Counted from the first letter of the stretch, positions 24,097-37,450 are shown. The stretch: 64,000 nt of DNA from Takakia lepidozioides (GCA_030704615.1 CM060734.1:10230001-10294000); one strand, 5' to 3'. Notes: generated by a model from the letters alone, not told the origin. Program-made: numbers and translations.

Positions 24097-27000
24097 AAGG
24101 CGACCTTTGATGGAGTGTGTTTCAATTGCGGGGAGCCCGGGCACATGGCCAAGAAGTGCACGAAGCCCCGACAATTGAACATGACTCGGGCGACCACGGA
24201 GCTGTCGGAAGATACCATCAGTCGCTTGGTGGAAGCGGTGGTCGCCAGGACTTGCAAGGTAGGCAAATTTTCTTGTGAGTTGTATCAGGAAACTGGCGCC
24301 TTACGAAAAGGGAGTCAGTTATTGTTCGTGGATGGGATAATATCCGGAACTAATGTGTCGTTGTTGGTGGACACAGGAGCGTCGCACTCCTTCATGACGC
24401 CGGCGGCGGCGCGAAAGTTGGGACTCCCGACAAGTGACGTGGGGGCCTCTATTGAGGTGCGCTCTGCCAAAGGAGAACCTCAGTTGGCGACAAGGTTGGC
24501 GTTTGATGTTCCTCTCCAACTGGGGAGTTGGGAGGGACGTGAGAACTTCACTATCTGCGAGATCGATGGAGTGGATCTCATTTTGGGAATGACCTTTTTG
24601 AGCAAATCCGGAGCGGTCATAGATGGCCGCAAGAGAGTAGTCACGCTGCCATGTGGGAATGGTGGCGAGGTTTTACGAGTGTCGGAAACGCCCAAATCCG
24701 TGGGAGGGCGAATAAACCTTCTATCAGCAAAGGAGTGGGCCGTGGAGGAGACACACGAGTCCCAGTTTTTGCTTTACATTAGAGAAGTGAAAGGAGAAGG
24801 CGATGGGGAGCCGAGCCCAGATTGGATCAAGGGGATTTTGGAGAAATACCAGGATGTGATGCCGGAGGATTTACCAAGCGGCTTGCCACCGCGAAGAGGA
24901 GTTGACCACAAAATTGAGGTGATACCGGGATCGGAACCGCCTGCCAAGGCGCCCTACCGGTTGAGCCACAAAGAGTTGGTCGAGCTGAAGACTCAGCTCA
25001 AAGATCTCATGTCAAAGGGGTACATCCGGCCGAGTAAGTCACCTTACGGAGCCCCGGTGCTATTTGCAGACAAGAAGGATGGGACGCTGCGGATGTGTGT
25101 CGATTACAGGGCTCTGAATAAGGTGACTATCAAAAACCGGTACCCTTTGCCAAGGATCGACGACCTCTTCGATCGGTTGGCAGGAGCGAAGTATTTCAGC
25201 CGGATCGACTTGCGCTCCGGTTATCACCAAATCGGGTGGCGGAAGGAGATGAGGAGAAGACCGCGTGCAGGACAAGGTATGGTTCATATGAGTTCTTGGT
25301 GATGCCTTTTGGGCTCACCAATGCACCAGCGACATTTAGCACGCTGATGAACAGCCTTTTCCAGGAGTGGTTGGATGACTTTGTGATCGTGTACATCGAC
25401 GACATCTTGGTGTACTCAAAAACAAAGGAGGAGCACCTGGAGCACCTCAAAAGGGTGTTCCAAAAATTGCGAGAAGGGAAGCTGTATGCCAAAGCTTCAA
25501 AGTGCGAATTCGGGGTCACAAAAGTGGAGTTCTTGGGGCACGTGATTACACAGGATGGGATCAAAATGGATGACAGAAAGGTGAGGGCGATCTTGGACTG
25601 GGAGCCTCCGACTTCGGTCCCGGGAGTGCGATCCTTCCTAGGACTCGCCTCCTATTACCGGAAGTATGTGAGAAATTTCGCCAAGATCGCGGGGCCGCTG
25701 TCGGACCTTCTGTGTAAATCCAAAGTCTGGGTATGGAACACATTTTGTGGCCAAGCTTTTGCTGAATTGAAGCAGCGGATGACGGAAGCTCCAGTCTTAA
25801 AAATCCCGGAGTTCGATCGTCCGTTTGAGATTCATACAGATGCATCGGACTTCGCAATTGGGGGTGTACTTATGCAAGATGGACGTCCAGTGGCTTACGA
25901 AAGTAAGAAACTGAATGAAGTGGAGCGACGGTGGCCGACGCACGAAAAAGAGATGAAGGCGGTGGTACATTGCCTTGAACTCTGGCGCCACTATGTTGGT
26001 TCCAACCCAGTGAAGGTGTTCACGGACAATGTCACGGTGAAGTATTTTGCCACGCAGCCCAAGTTATCCCCAAAACAACTTAGGTGGCAAGATACTTTGG
26101 CAGTGTTCGACGTGGATATCCAGTACAAACCGGGACGGGACAATGTGGTGGCCGATGCTTTAAGTAGAAAGCAGCAGCTCTTGTTGGTGTACAAGGGCGA
26201 GACGGCGCTCCAAAGGAAGATCCGGAAGGCTTGCCGGAAGGATGAGCTGGCAAAGTGCGTGATGCAGAACTTGAGAATGGGGGTTAAATCGCAGTTCCAC
26301 TTGCAAAACGGACTGCTCCGGTATAAGCAAAAACGTCTCTATGTGCCAAAGGGAGGGATCAGGGATAGTCTCTTGAGAGAATGCCATGATAGCCCGCTTG
26401 CGGGCCACGGTGGAGCCAAGCGCACTGCGGCACTCTTGAAGAAAGAGTATTTCTGGCCCAAACTGAGGGAGGAGGCAGAGGAGTATGTAAAGACATGCAC
26501 CACATGCCAACAAAACCGGAGCGAGTATAAAAAGCAAGCGGGGCTGTTACAACCCTTGCCGATTCCAGAGGGGACTTGGGAAAGCGTCTCGATGGATTTC
26601 ATGACTGCTATGCCGCTGTCAAAAGGATTCGATGCAATCATGGTGGTGGTAGATAGGTTCAGTAAAATGGCCCATTTCATCCCCACCAAGGAGACGGCAA
26701 CTGCGCAGGAGACAGGGCGACTTTACTTCACCCACGTCTTAAAGCATCATGGAGTCCCGAAGGATATTGTCTCGGACCGCGACCCAAAGTTTACGAGTAA
26801 ATTCTGGAGAGCACTTTGGAAGAAGATGGGGACGAGGCTGAAGATGAGCACCGCCTTCCGACCTACGACGGACGGCCAAACGGAAAGAGTGAATTCCGTA
26901 GTGAAGCAATTCTTGCGGAATTACGTGTCGGCAGACCAATCAGACTGGATGGAACACTTAGACGCGGCAGAGTTCTGTTATAATAACACAGAACACTCCG

Positions 27001-27659
27001 CGACGGGAGTTTCCCCTTTTGTGTTGGTCTATGGAAAAGCACCTCTGGTGCCGACAAGTTGGGCCGCCCAGGACGTTGAGGAACCAGCAGTAGCGGCGGT
27101 ACTGGAAGAACGCGAGCGTTTGTTGAAGCTCGCAAAGTACAACATTGCCAAAGCTAGGAAACGGTATGAAAGGCAGGCGAATCGGAAGCGGAGGGAAGTG
27201 AAGTTTGAGGCAGGCACAGAGGTCTGGTTGAACATCAAGAATTTTCGACTACCTCCGGAAATGAGTCCGAAGTTCGTACCTCCGTATGCGGGTCCCTTTC
27301 GCATTCGGAGGGTTATGAATGAGGATGTGTATGAATTGGAGCTGCCAGCAAACAGCAAGGTGCACCCAGTATTCCATGTCTCCCTTTTGAAGCCTTACTT
27401 CAAAGATGAAGCACGTCCGAATCGTCAGCAAGTGTTGCGTCCGCCACCTATGCTGTTGGATCATGAAAATGAACCCGAGTACGAGGTGGAGGCAATACTT
27501 AAGTCGAGGAGGTTCAAGAACCGAGAAACGGAGTATCTCGTCAAATGGAAGGGCTATCATCTTGTGGAGGCATCTTGGGTGCGTGCCTCAGAAATGGGAA
27601 ACGCATCCGAGGCAGTTGCAGCGTTCGAAGGGCGACCTCAAAAGCGGAAGAAGCGTTGA
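24097..27659 (+). CDS. pol: Zinc knuckle-protease-RT-RNase H-integrase-chromodomain polyprotein, with a 1-bp frameshift at ~25233
   Basis: Motifs [45 protein letters not shown]...CTTC, VSMDF, VSDRD, DGQTER, YAGPF, and chromodomain EYEVEAIL...YLVKWKGY...SW with terminal KRKKR. Confidence 0.95.
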
Positions 27660-28564
27660 TGGGGACATCAACCTTGGAGCGTGGGGGAGGAAATGCATGC
27701 TTAGCCCGGTTTAGCTAGCTCAGGAATCCGATTGCAAAAACTTGTATTGTACAAAAATTTGTGATAAAGGAAATGGGTTCCAAATATTGTGCGTCCTATT
27801 GTGTTTGGAATGGTGATGCATGGTGTGGTTGGCTGGTGTGTAGAATGCATGCTAGCTTACAAAAGTGGGAGAGGTAAATTGGGTTAATCGTGTGTTTGCG
27901 CAGTGCCGAAATCGGGTGACTCCCATCCAAGGGGCAAGGAAACTTGCGCCTTATTTGGGAGTTCAAGTGCTAGTGCGCACCTGGCGCGTGCGCGTACTAT
28001 AACTGCGCTACCGAGGGGTTTGCCTTGTAGTGCGGGCTAACGCGGAAGCTACGTGCTTCCGTTCACGTACTATAATCGTGTAGCCTCGGACGAAGTCGTA
28101 GTGCGGCTTCGGCGTGTTCCCGTACCTCAGGCCAGCATTCCAAGGCGGACCCAATTGTAGTGATTGGGGCGCACGGTTGGTTCAAGGTTATCTTCCTAGT
28201 CAAAGAGGGTTCCAGGTGAACCCTTGCTCAAGGTGATGCCAAAAGCGGCATCATGAGCGATCGCAAGCAATGTTGTTGCAGTAAGGCGATTCGATCCTCG
28301 GGGAGGATCGTTCCTTGGCCTTGAAGTAGGCCAAGAAGAGTGCACTGGGGGGAGCTGGAGAGGCCCCACCCTTGGCCGGGACTTGGAGGAAGTCGGCCGA
28401 ACTAGCTAGTGGAGAGTGGAGTCAAGTGTGGGGTTTGGTTCTTTGCCATGGGACGCCATGGTACGGAAACAACTCCTTGATGTGGGACGCCACAACTTGG
28501 ACGTTCGTTTCTACAAAATGGACAAAGTCGATGAGGACATCGACTCCATGTTGGTAGGGGTGTG

Positions 28565-29285
28565 TGTCGCGGCCCTTTGCCTTGAGGGCAGGGGGTCGGG
28601 ACACATGAGGGGCTGCCCCTGTGGTGGGGCAGCGGCAGCGATAGGTATGGGGGGCTGAAGCACCCTGAGTGCCCAAGGCACTCAAGGAGGCGGAGGCGCT
28701 CACTAGGTGGAGCCCCGCACACCGGGTTGCGGTGGAGGTGGCTCCACAAGGGGTGGTGGTAGCTTAGTGGGACTTAGTGGGGGTGGCATAGGACTCACCA
28801 TGGGGAGGAGACCTCGAGGTGGGAGTCGTGGGGAGTCTTGGGACTCATCACGGTCCATTGGGGCCGCGGTGAGTGGGCCAAGACTCACCGCGACTCACCA
28901 CCGGGAGTCGAGGGTTTTCGTGGTGGTTCGCCATAAAATGGCATGGCTGGTTATGAAACCCCCGCGGACAGCTACAGAAGTATATATAGGGAGTAGTAAC
29001 CCCGAGAACGGTGCAAGCCCGTTGGTGACCAAAAACTAGTGAGTAAGCGTGCGAGCCGGAAAGCGACCAAAGAGTGGGGAGCTGTTCCGGACTGCCATCT
29101 ACCAAAGGGAATTCTCCTAGTCCCAAATAGGTGGAGGGTTTAGAGGGAAGCGGAAGGGGACCGTTATGTCCCGGTGAGCAGCCGAAACTCCAAGTTGGCC
29201 TGGAGGCCAGGTTGGGAGTCAGGCGCGCGCATCAAAGCGAGTAACTATGACTTGAAGGGAGTTTACCGAACTGAGGTGTGCGACA
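28565..29285 (+). repeat. 3' LTR (721 bp)
   Basis: Preceded by a weak PPT (GGTAGGGGTGTG) and followed by the TSD CTACT. Confidence 0.95.
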
Positions 29286-29720
29286 CTACTAGTAGTATAA
29301 ACCATCCTTGACATCATGGTCAACAATGTTTGACCAATGCTCCAGATGACGTTTCATGGAAACTTATGACTGGAGATGGTTTCACAACTCTATTTATACG
29401 GCTACATCACTGCACGTGTCATTTTGAAGGCATATACATGGATGGATTCATCCATTGGATGAGTTCATCCATCCATGACATGCCATGGAAACTTATGACT
29501 GCATGACTGCAGATGGTTTCACAACTCTATTTATATTACTACATCACTGTCCGTGTCATTGTAAAGGCATTTATATGACTACATTACTACACGTGTCATT
29601 TTGAAGGCATACACATGAATCGATTCATATATTGGATGAGTTCATCCATCCATGTTTACCAAAAGTTATGTCAGCTTTGAACATGTGTCAATTTTCTACT
29701 GGTTCGATATTGGAATTGGA
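29286..29720 (+). repeat. Helitron-like 5' region with ACGTGTCATTTTGAAGG repeats; target of the chromovirus
   Basis: The reconstructed empty site A|TCACTACTAGTAGTATAA resembles Helitron 5' TC ends. Three to four diverged internal repeats. No 3' end identified. Confidence 0.35.
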
Positions 29721-30295
29721 GCTCAAAGCATTTTGTAATTATCATAGAGCACTAAGTCACATTGGGCCGGGGAGCAGGGTTGATGGAGGGGAGTGGGGAG
29801 CCCTTGTGAGGGAAACGGGAGGTGGAGGGGACCGGGGGGAAGACGCGTGCGGGGGAGCGGAAGAATTTTACGGCACGGGGCCGGGATCAAACTAGAGAGT
29901 TATTTGCAGGCGGATGCGCGGATGACCACCGAGCTACCCGAGAGATCGAGTGTCGAAAGGCCAGCGTGGAGTATATAACGGGCTGGGGTGTCGGAGGCCC
30001 AGGAAGGCGGGGTTGCTCTGGCGGTCGGGGGAGGCGAGGGAGCGGGCGGGTGGTGAAGGAGCGAACAGGCCAGGGGCGGGAGCGGGGCGGGCACCGCACC
30101 CGCGGGGCCTGGTTGGGCCCGGGGGGAGGGGGTCGGGAGGATTTTACAGGGGAGGGGATTTGACGCTGCCCCCGCCGGCCGTCCAAACTTCCGAACGTCC
30201 GTGTTGTCATGCTCGCACACTCCAAATAAACTCGTTGGGTAAGCGTAGTCTCTTCGTATAGATAATGGACAAAATCGTCCGAGAATTACAAAGAG

Positions 30296-30490
30296 CGATC
30301 GCCCTTCAAATGCTACTACCGCCTCAGGTGTGTTTCCCATTTCTCAAGCACGCACCCAAGTTGCATCTACCTGATGATAGACCTTCCATTTCACGAGATA
30401 CTCTGTTTCTCGATTCTTAAACCTCCTTGACTTAAGCACTGCCTCCACCTCGTACTTAGGTTCATTTCATGATCCAACAGCACAGGTGGT
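30296..30490 (-). pseudogene. Chromodomain fragment of a related chromovirus
   Basis: Minus strand encodes [37 protein letters not shown]...EMGNTPEAVVAFEGR, very close to the end of the 25236-27659 ORF. Confidence 0.85.
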
Positions 30491-30860
30491 CACTACAAGG
30501 AGGACAATTTAAAAAAATTAAAAAAAATTAAAAAAAAGGTGTTTAGCGATGCCGAGGCATTGCTAAAGCCCCCTTTTGGGGCGGGGTAGCAACCCCAATT
30601 TGCAACGCCCGGCCGTCGCACCAAGAACGTCGCAAAATAGCAACATCGGGGGTCACAAAGGGGGGGGGGGGACGCCCCGCCCACCTCCGGCGACGCCCCG
30701 ACGTCGCTTTTTGGCGATCCACAACACCGGCGGGGCCTCCGGCTAGCGACGCCAGGCCGTCGCTGGGTGGCGTCATGGGGTTGTGGCTTGCGACCCTCGG
30801 GCGTTGCAACAGGCATGAGGGCGTCGCAAGGTTTCCTGCGACGCCCAAAGGTCACCTGCT
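30491..30860. mobile_element. CACTA transposon terminus with subterminal repeats
   Basis: CACTACAAGG begins exactly where the chromodomain homology stops. Multiple GCGACGCC/GGCGTCGC motifs follow. The matching end was not found. Confidence 0.6.
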
Positions 30861-31599
30861 ATTTTGCATTGAATTGGGGGTGGATTTTTATTTTTTCCCA
30901 GGTTTTATTTTTGGGTGTTGAGTGACCTCAGAGCTTCCATTGCTCTAATTTAGCAGGTATACAAGTTTGGTTTACTGCATGAGTATGAGCAAGCATGAGT
31001 TGAGGGTGAGGCCGGTGCAACACAAAATGAAATACAAGGTGTAAGATGGAAATATATTTACAAGCAATAAGCGTAAATATTTTGCTCACAACGATTCAAA
31101 TGTAGGACTAGTCATCCTCGGAGTCATCGGAGTCATAGCTATCGGATGAGCCTGATGACTCCGCGGAGGATAATCTATCGCTATCACCCGACCGGCCTGC
31201 GCCGGAGCACCTGAACGAGGTCCCTAAACTCCCACAGAGATCTCATCCAATCCCTGTCATGACCCCCCCCCCATCCAAACTAGTGCCCTGTAATGCACTA
31301 ATCCCCTCCGAGTTGGCCATGTTGTGCATGAGGGATTGCCAACCATGCTCCTTGGCGTAGTCGTACTCTATCGGACCTAGTTATCATTCCTAACGTGACG
31401 TGGCCCCGGACACGTCAGACGTCACGTCGAATCCGGACGTTTACTCAACTATTTTTTTTTATATTTGACTTTTACGATTTACTTCTACCCGTTGTAATGA
31501 TATGACAGCTACGGTGTAAAACAGACGTGGCCAATTATTAAAATTTATTAATTTATTTGAAAAAAATACGGACGTTTAAAAGTTATTATTTTTTAAATC

Positions 31600-33690
31600 A
31601 AGCGACCACCCATATTGGCGGTCGCTTGTAATTTAATATTTTATATTAAGCGACCGCCTATATTGGCGGTTGCCGGCAATTTATGAAGTTTTAAATGGAG
31701 CGACTGCCCATATTGGCGGTAGCTTACAATTTATTATATTTTAAATTAAATGACGGCCTATATTGGCGGTTGCTTGAAAATTATTAGTTTCAAAAAATAA
31801 ACGACCGCCCAGATTGGTAGTCGCTCGGAGTTTAAATTTTTTTTTAAAAACACAACGACCGCCATTCGCCGGCCGTCATATATTTTTATTTTGATTCTAA
31901 AATGAAGCGACCGCCAAACCGTTGCTTCTTTAATTTGTTTAAAGAAAATGCAGCGACCGCCAAATGGCGGTCGCTCATTTTGTATTTTTTTAATTTAGCG
32001 GCCGCCAATTAGCGGCAGTGAATTTTTTTTTTAAGAAATTTAAATGAAACGACTACAACTACGGCAGTCGCTCTTTTTAAAAATATATATATGAAGCAAC
32101 CGCCAATACGGCGGTCGCTCTTTTTTGTTTATTTAAAACAATGAAGCGACCGCCAATACGGCGGTCGTTATTTTTTTTTTTATAAAAAAAATGAAGCGAC
32201 CGCCACTATAGTGGTCGCTCATTTTCGTTTATTTATTTTAAAAATGAAGCGACCGCCATATGGAGATCGCTCTTTTTCGCTTTTTAAAAAACTAAAGCGA
32301 CTGCCAATACGGCGGTAACTCCTTCAAAAAAACATTAAAAATAACAATTTAATATATTTTATTTTATTTATTTTAAACAAAACCAAAGAAAGAAAGAAAG
32401 AAAGGGAAAAGAAAAGAAAAGAAAAGAAAAAAAAACTGACGCGACCGCCATACGGCGGTCGCTTTTCTTCACTTTTTAAGAAACTGAAGCGATCGCCAAT
32501 TCCGCGGTCGCTCGTTTACGTTTTTATTAATTTATTTATTTTTATAAAAAAAAAACGACCGCACTATGGCTGTGTTTCTCTTTCGTTTCTTTTAAAAATG
32601 AAGCGACCGCCAGTACGGCGGTCGCTCTGTTAAGTTTTTCTAAAAAGTAAAGCGCCCATCCTATGGCCCTCGCTACATTTAAAATAAACAACAAAAAAAC
32701 GACTGCCGATAATGGCGGTTGCCCTAATTAAAAAAATTAAACAATAAATCGACTGCATGTACGACGGTCGCTCTGGCCATTACTAGTAGTCGCAATATTT
32801 TCAGAAATTAAAAATATACAAGCAACCACCATTAATGGCGGTCGCTCTATTTAAAAAATAAATAAATAAAAGCGACCGCCATAACTGGCGGTCGCAGCAT
32901 TTTCAGAAATTAAAAATATACAAGCGACCGCCAGTAATGGCCGTCGCTATATTTATAAATAAATAAAAAACAAAAGCGACCGCCAATAATGGCGGTCGCA
33001 CATAAGTTGTGTGGAGAGGAAGTGAGGGGGAGAATGAGCCTCCCTTTGCTTATCTGCCCCCCCCCCCCCTCTCATTCATCGGTCCACGCGTAAGGCACAC
33101 CTTCCGTCACCATGGCGGTCGTTACATTTTAAAAAAAAAACAATAAACCGACCGCCAGTAATGGCGTTCGTTCTATTTAAAAAATTAAACAATAAATTCG
33201 ACCGCCAGTAACGACGGTCGCTCTATAAAAAAATAAAAAATAAAAGCGACGGTCACTACTGGCAGTCGCAACATTTTTTGAAATTAAAAATATACATGCG
33301 ACCACATGTAATGGCGGTCGCTCTATTTAAAAAAAGAAAAAAAGAAAAACGACCGCCAAAACTGGCAGTCGCAACATTTTCAGAAATTAAAAAATATAAA
33401 GCGACCGCCAGTAATGGCCGTCGCTATATTAATAAATAAATAAAAAACAAAAGCGACCGCCAGCATATAAGTTGTGTGGAGAGGAAGTGAGGGGAGAATG
33501 AACCTCCCTTGGCTTATCTCCCCCCCCCCTCTTCTCATTCCTCTGACCACGCGTAAGGCACACCTTCTAGAATCGACCGCCACCATGGTGGTCGCTACAT
33601 TTAAAAAAAATAACCAAAAAAACGACCGTCATTACTATCGGTCGCTCTATTTAAAAAATTAAACAGTAAAAGCGACCGCCAGTGCAGCCC
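31600..33690. repeat. Array of ~38 GC-rich palindromes (AGCGACCGCCA-N3-5-TGGCGGTCGCT) with A/T-tract linkers, ~50-bp period
   Basis: Read directly and counted by eye. Includes a higher-order duplication (~32800-33105 vs ~33270-33570). Confidence 0.9.
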
Positions 33691-33710
33691 GGTGGCGATC
33701 TCCAGAATCT

Positions 33711-35231
33711 TGGCTCATGTTTGATCATGTGAAACGTGTGAAGGGCTGGACAACCATGGCTGCTCATGTGTACGATCCTTCTTACCAAAGAGTTATGACA
33801 ATTGCAGTGTGTGACATGCAATCCGAAGACACTGAGTCTCAAATCCTAATGTAGAAGTCCCTTGTGAAAGTCATGAGAAACCATGGTGTCTCAGATCCAA
33901 ACTTTCATGGATTTATGGCCGATAGCGCGCAGGCAAATTGGAATGCAGTCCGGTCTGTTTTGGAAGTGGTGATCCGAAAATACCCATGATGGGCAGGGAG
34001 CGCACTTGCCTGTTCCATTGGACGCAGTCCCTCCGAAGGCACACCAAGAGTTGCATAAAACCAGAGTTGCAGGAGGAACACATGAGACTCTGTCGGTTGT
34101 ATAAAGATGCGACAAGCAAGATCGAAGGAAACTCCTTATACCAAACTATAAGGGCATGGTGGTACTCCTCCGTTGCAGCAAGTCAGGATGGCCTCAAAGA
34201 ACTTGACGAATGGATGGGATTCTGGCACTTCAGATACAAACAGTGGGGAGAGTTCATGACAAGAGTAAGGTCCCTTCTTAATTTCCGAGGCTTGCATAAG
34301 TTCAATTCACGCTATTACCCCTGTTGACGTGTCTTTCTTCAATGCTATTAGCTTTTGAAGTACAATAATTAATGGAAAGAATATTGTGTGCAAAATATGT
34401 CTCTGGAGGACATAACGGATATGCCTTCCTATAATCTATCCGAGACTATGCATAGTGTGTGGAATGCGCAATCCGGCAAGAACGGACGGGACCTGTACGT
34501 TGCCACTTCGGATGACATGGTCCGAGCGCTTTCGCAACAGACACGGTACCGAGATTTCCTTCGTGGACGCGGTTCTGGTAAGGGGCCAGACAGGGCGGAG
34601 TTGCAGTTGAGGGCTGCAAACAGATGCAAGGATCCTGCTAGAATGACAAAGGTTGTAAACGAATGCACAATGGGAACACCTTTGCAATCAAGACATCCTC
34701 ATCTGGAAGGTGAGGAGAGATTCGGTTCATGCAAGCGCAAACTGGACACCCCTCCGGGATCGGACGGTGATTCACATTGACATGATAGGGATAACTTTTT
34801 GGTGCCACGTGTGCCCGTGCCACCCACTTTTGTGCACACAACATCCTTTGTGGGTGAATCTTCCTCGACAGAGTTCACGGAGTCCACAACTACAACTACA
34901 CGGGGGCAAACCTGCTGCCCATCCAGGAGTCTGATTGTGCAGACGCGTTGTGGCACATAGAACAAACTCCGCAAGGCTCAAAGGTGAAATGTTCCGCTAT
35001 CAGGGGTACGAGGTGACAGTTTCCAATTTCCCAGATTGCACTTGCCCAGACTTCAAAAACACAATCTCCAGTTCTCTAGGAAAGAGAGACAAATCATGCA
35101 AACATTTGTACTACATGTACATTCAGAGGATGTTTTGTGATCCAAAAACAGACACATACATTCACCAATGTACGATAGGGCCTGTTGATGTTATGACACT
35201 ACTTGAGCGAGATAGTACTGCACGAGTTTGA
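33711..35231 (+). pseudogene. Mutator/MULE DDE transposase with C-terminal SWIM finger; 5'-truncated, with stops, a frameshift and one intron (~34265-34392)
   Basis: MFDHVKR (D1), FMADSA (D2), CLFH (Mutator CxxH), NLSETMH (E), SWIM finger DCTCPDF...SCKHLYY. Confidence 0.85.
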
Positions 35232-35964
35232 GATGTTCTCGGGCATGACCTTGCAAAGCCTGGGCTGTTTTTCTGTGACGTCCGGTGACAGATGACAAAG
35301 TCGCCTTTATATGGAAAAAACTTCATGCTGTTTGATGGCAGCACTTTCTTGACTGAGAAGCCATCTCCTACCCCACGTCATGATCAATTGAATGACAATG
35401 CTTTGTATACTTTCTACACTTTCTACACTTTCCAATTTCGACCGTGCTTTCTGAATATACCCCAGTCTTACATGGACCTTCATTACTGGCATTGTTTATA
35501 CGACATGTATACTGTTTCGAACAAAAGGTATGTGAGGGAAATTCATACAACTTCAAAGCAGTGGAGGATGGCCTACTTCATTCAACATCGTTCAAGTTCT
35601 TTCACCCCAAATGTCATTGCTATCATCCATTGTATATTCATCCGTATTTTGACGTCCCTCATCCATCCAACATTCATCCCATATTCATCCTACATTTATC
35701 CATTCCACATACCCATTCATCCGTACAGATTTCGTCTCGCACTACTCTCAAATTTCCATTCGTGTCTTGCGTATGTTGCCCCCCCTAAACCGTAAACGTT
35801 GTCCCCACAACAATAGGTTTTGCTTTTCCCACGGCTATAGGCTCCACTTTCATTCTATGCTCACGCTTAAGAAATGTGCTCACACTTAGGAAATCTGCTC
35901 ACGCTTAACGAAGTCTGCTCACGCTTAGTCCGCTAAGCGTGAGCGCGCTTACACGCTAGCTTCC

Positions 35965-36740
35965 CTCTTTCATATTTTGTTTGGAATGGTAATACATGGC
36001 GTGGTTGGCTAGTATGTAGAATGCATGCTAGCTTACAAAGGTAGGAAGAGGTAAATTGGACAAGTCGTGTGTTTGCGTAGTGCTGAAATCGGGTGACTCC
36101 CATCTAAGGGGCAAATAAACTTGCATCTTCTTTAGGAGTTCATGTGCTAGTGCGCACTTGGCGCGTGCGTGTACTATAACTGTGCTACCGAAGGGGGTTG
36201 CCTTGTAGTGCATGCTAACGCGGAAGCTACATGCTTCTATTCACGTAGTATAATCGTGTAACCTCGGGACGAAGCCTTAGTGCGGCTTTGGCGTGTTCCC
36301 GTACCTCAGGCAGCATCTCAAAGCGGGCCCAATTGTAGTGGTTGGGGCGCACATTTGGTTCAAGGTTATCGTCCTAGTCAAAAGGGGTTCAAGGCAAACC
36401 TTTGTTCAAGGTGATGCCAAAGCGGCATCAAGAGTGGTCACAAGCAATGTTGTTGTAGTAAGGCGATTCAATCCTCGGGGAGGATCGTACCTTGGCCATG
36501 AAGAGAGCCAAGAAGAGTGCACTGGGTGGAGCTTGGGCTCCACCCTTGGCCGTGACTTGGAGGAAGTCAGCCAAACTAGCTGGTGGGGAGTAGAGTCAAG
36601 TGGGGGTTTGGTTCTTTGCTATGGGACGCCATGGTACAGAAACAAACTCCTTGATGTGGGACACCACAGACTTGGATATTAGTTTCCACAAAAAAGGACA
36701 AGTTGATGAGGACATTGACTCCTCGTTGGCAGGGGTGTGC
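35965..36740 (+). mobile_element. Diverged copy of the chromovirus 3' UTR and PPT, followed by a different TG-starting sequence
   Basis: Colinear with ~27820-28564. Ends GGCAGGGGTGTGCC, then TGTACACACG at 36741. Confidence 0.8.
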
Positions 36741-36984
36741 CTGTACACACGAAGCGTCGCGCTACTATCGGAGAGGCACAAACCGCAAGCCAGCACCACA
36801 CAATGTGTAGAAGGAAAGACGAAAGACGTCAAAGAAGAAAGATGAAAGACGTGACGCGTCCAACGTAACGGCTCACTGCAAAAAGTGACTGCACCCCATG
36901 TGCAGAAGGCGCCATGCAGGCCATACACGCAGCAACGGTCTATTCGATGAGCAAGATCTAATGTCCCGGCAACGCAATAATTAC

Positions 36985-37450
36985 CGCCGTCAGGGTCTGC
37001 CGTACTGGTTTGCCCTAAGTCTCCGCCAGTCCGGTCTGCCGTCGGGGTATGCCCGTATAGTCTGTCATACTTGTCTGCCCTTCTGGTCTACTTTTCTGAT
37101 CTGCTCTTCTGGTACGTTGGACCCAGCCGCAATAGTTGCCACTGTCAGGGTCTGCCGTACTGGTCTGCCGTAAGTCTCCGCCAGTCCGGTCTGCCGTCGG
37201 GGTCTGCCCGTATAGTCTGTCATAATGGTCTGCTCTTCTGGTCTGCATTTTGGTCTACTCTTCTGGTCTGGCATGGTGGCATGGTCTGCCCCTTCTGCTC
37301 AGCCCTCTGGTCTATCGAAGTGCTCTGTCGAAATGGTCTGCTGTTCTGGTGTGCCCTATTGGTCTGCCATAGTGGTCTGCTGTTCTGGTGTGCCCTTCTG
37401 GTGTGCCATAGTGGTATGCTATTATGGAATGCTCTTCTGGCCTGCCCCAT
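36985..37450. repeat. GGTCTG(C)-rich degenerate tandem repeats with a ~155-bp duplication
   Basis: GTCAGGGTCTGCCGTACTGG at ~36989 and ~37144, followed by repeated TGGTCTGC units. Confidence 0.7.

Larger units (their letters stand above)
22320..29285 (+). mobile_element. Full-length young Ty3/Gypsy chromovirus LTR retrotransposon
   Basis: LTRs 22320-23042 and 28565-29285 (TGTCGC...GCGACA). 5-bp TSD CTACT. PBS present. Order gag-PR-RT-RH-INT-chromodomain. Confidence 0.97.

Noticed and set aside
31600-33690. CRISPR array
   Set aside because: The repeats are degenerate, the spacers are low-complexity A/T tracts, there are no cas genes, and the context is eukaryotic TE DNA.
36201-36210. CCTTGTAGTG as the right-hand TIR of the CACTA end at 30491
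   Set aside because: It lies inside the chromovirus 3' UTR homology, and the same 10-mer occurs at ~28023, so the match is coincidental.
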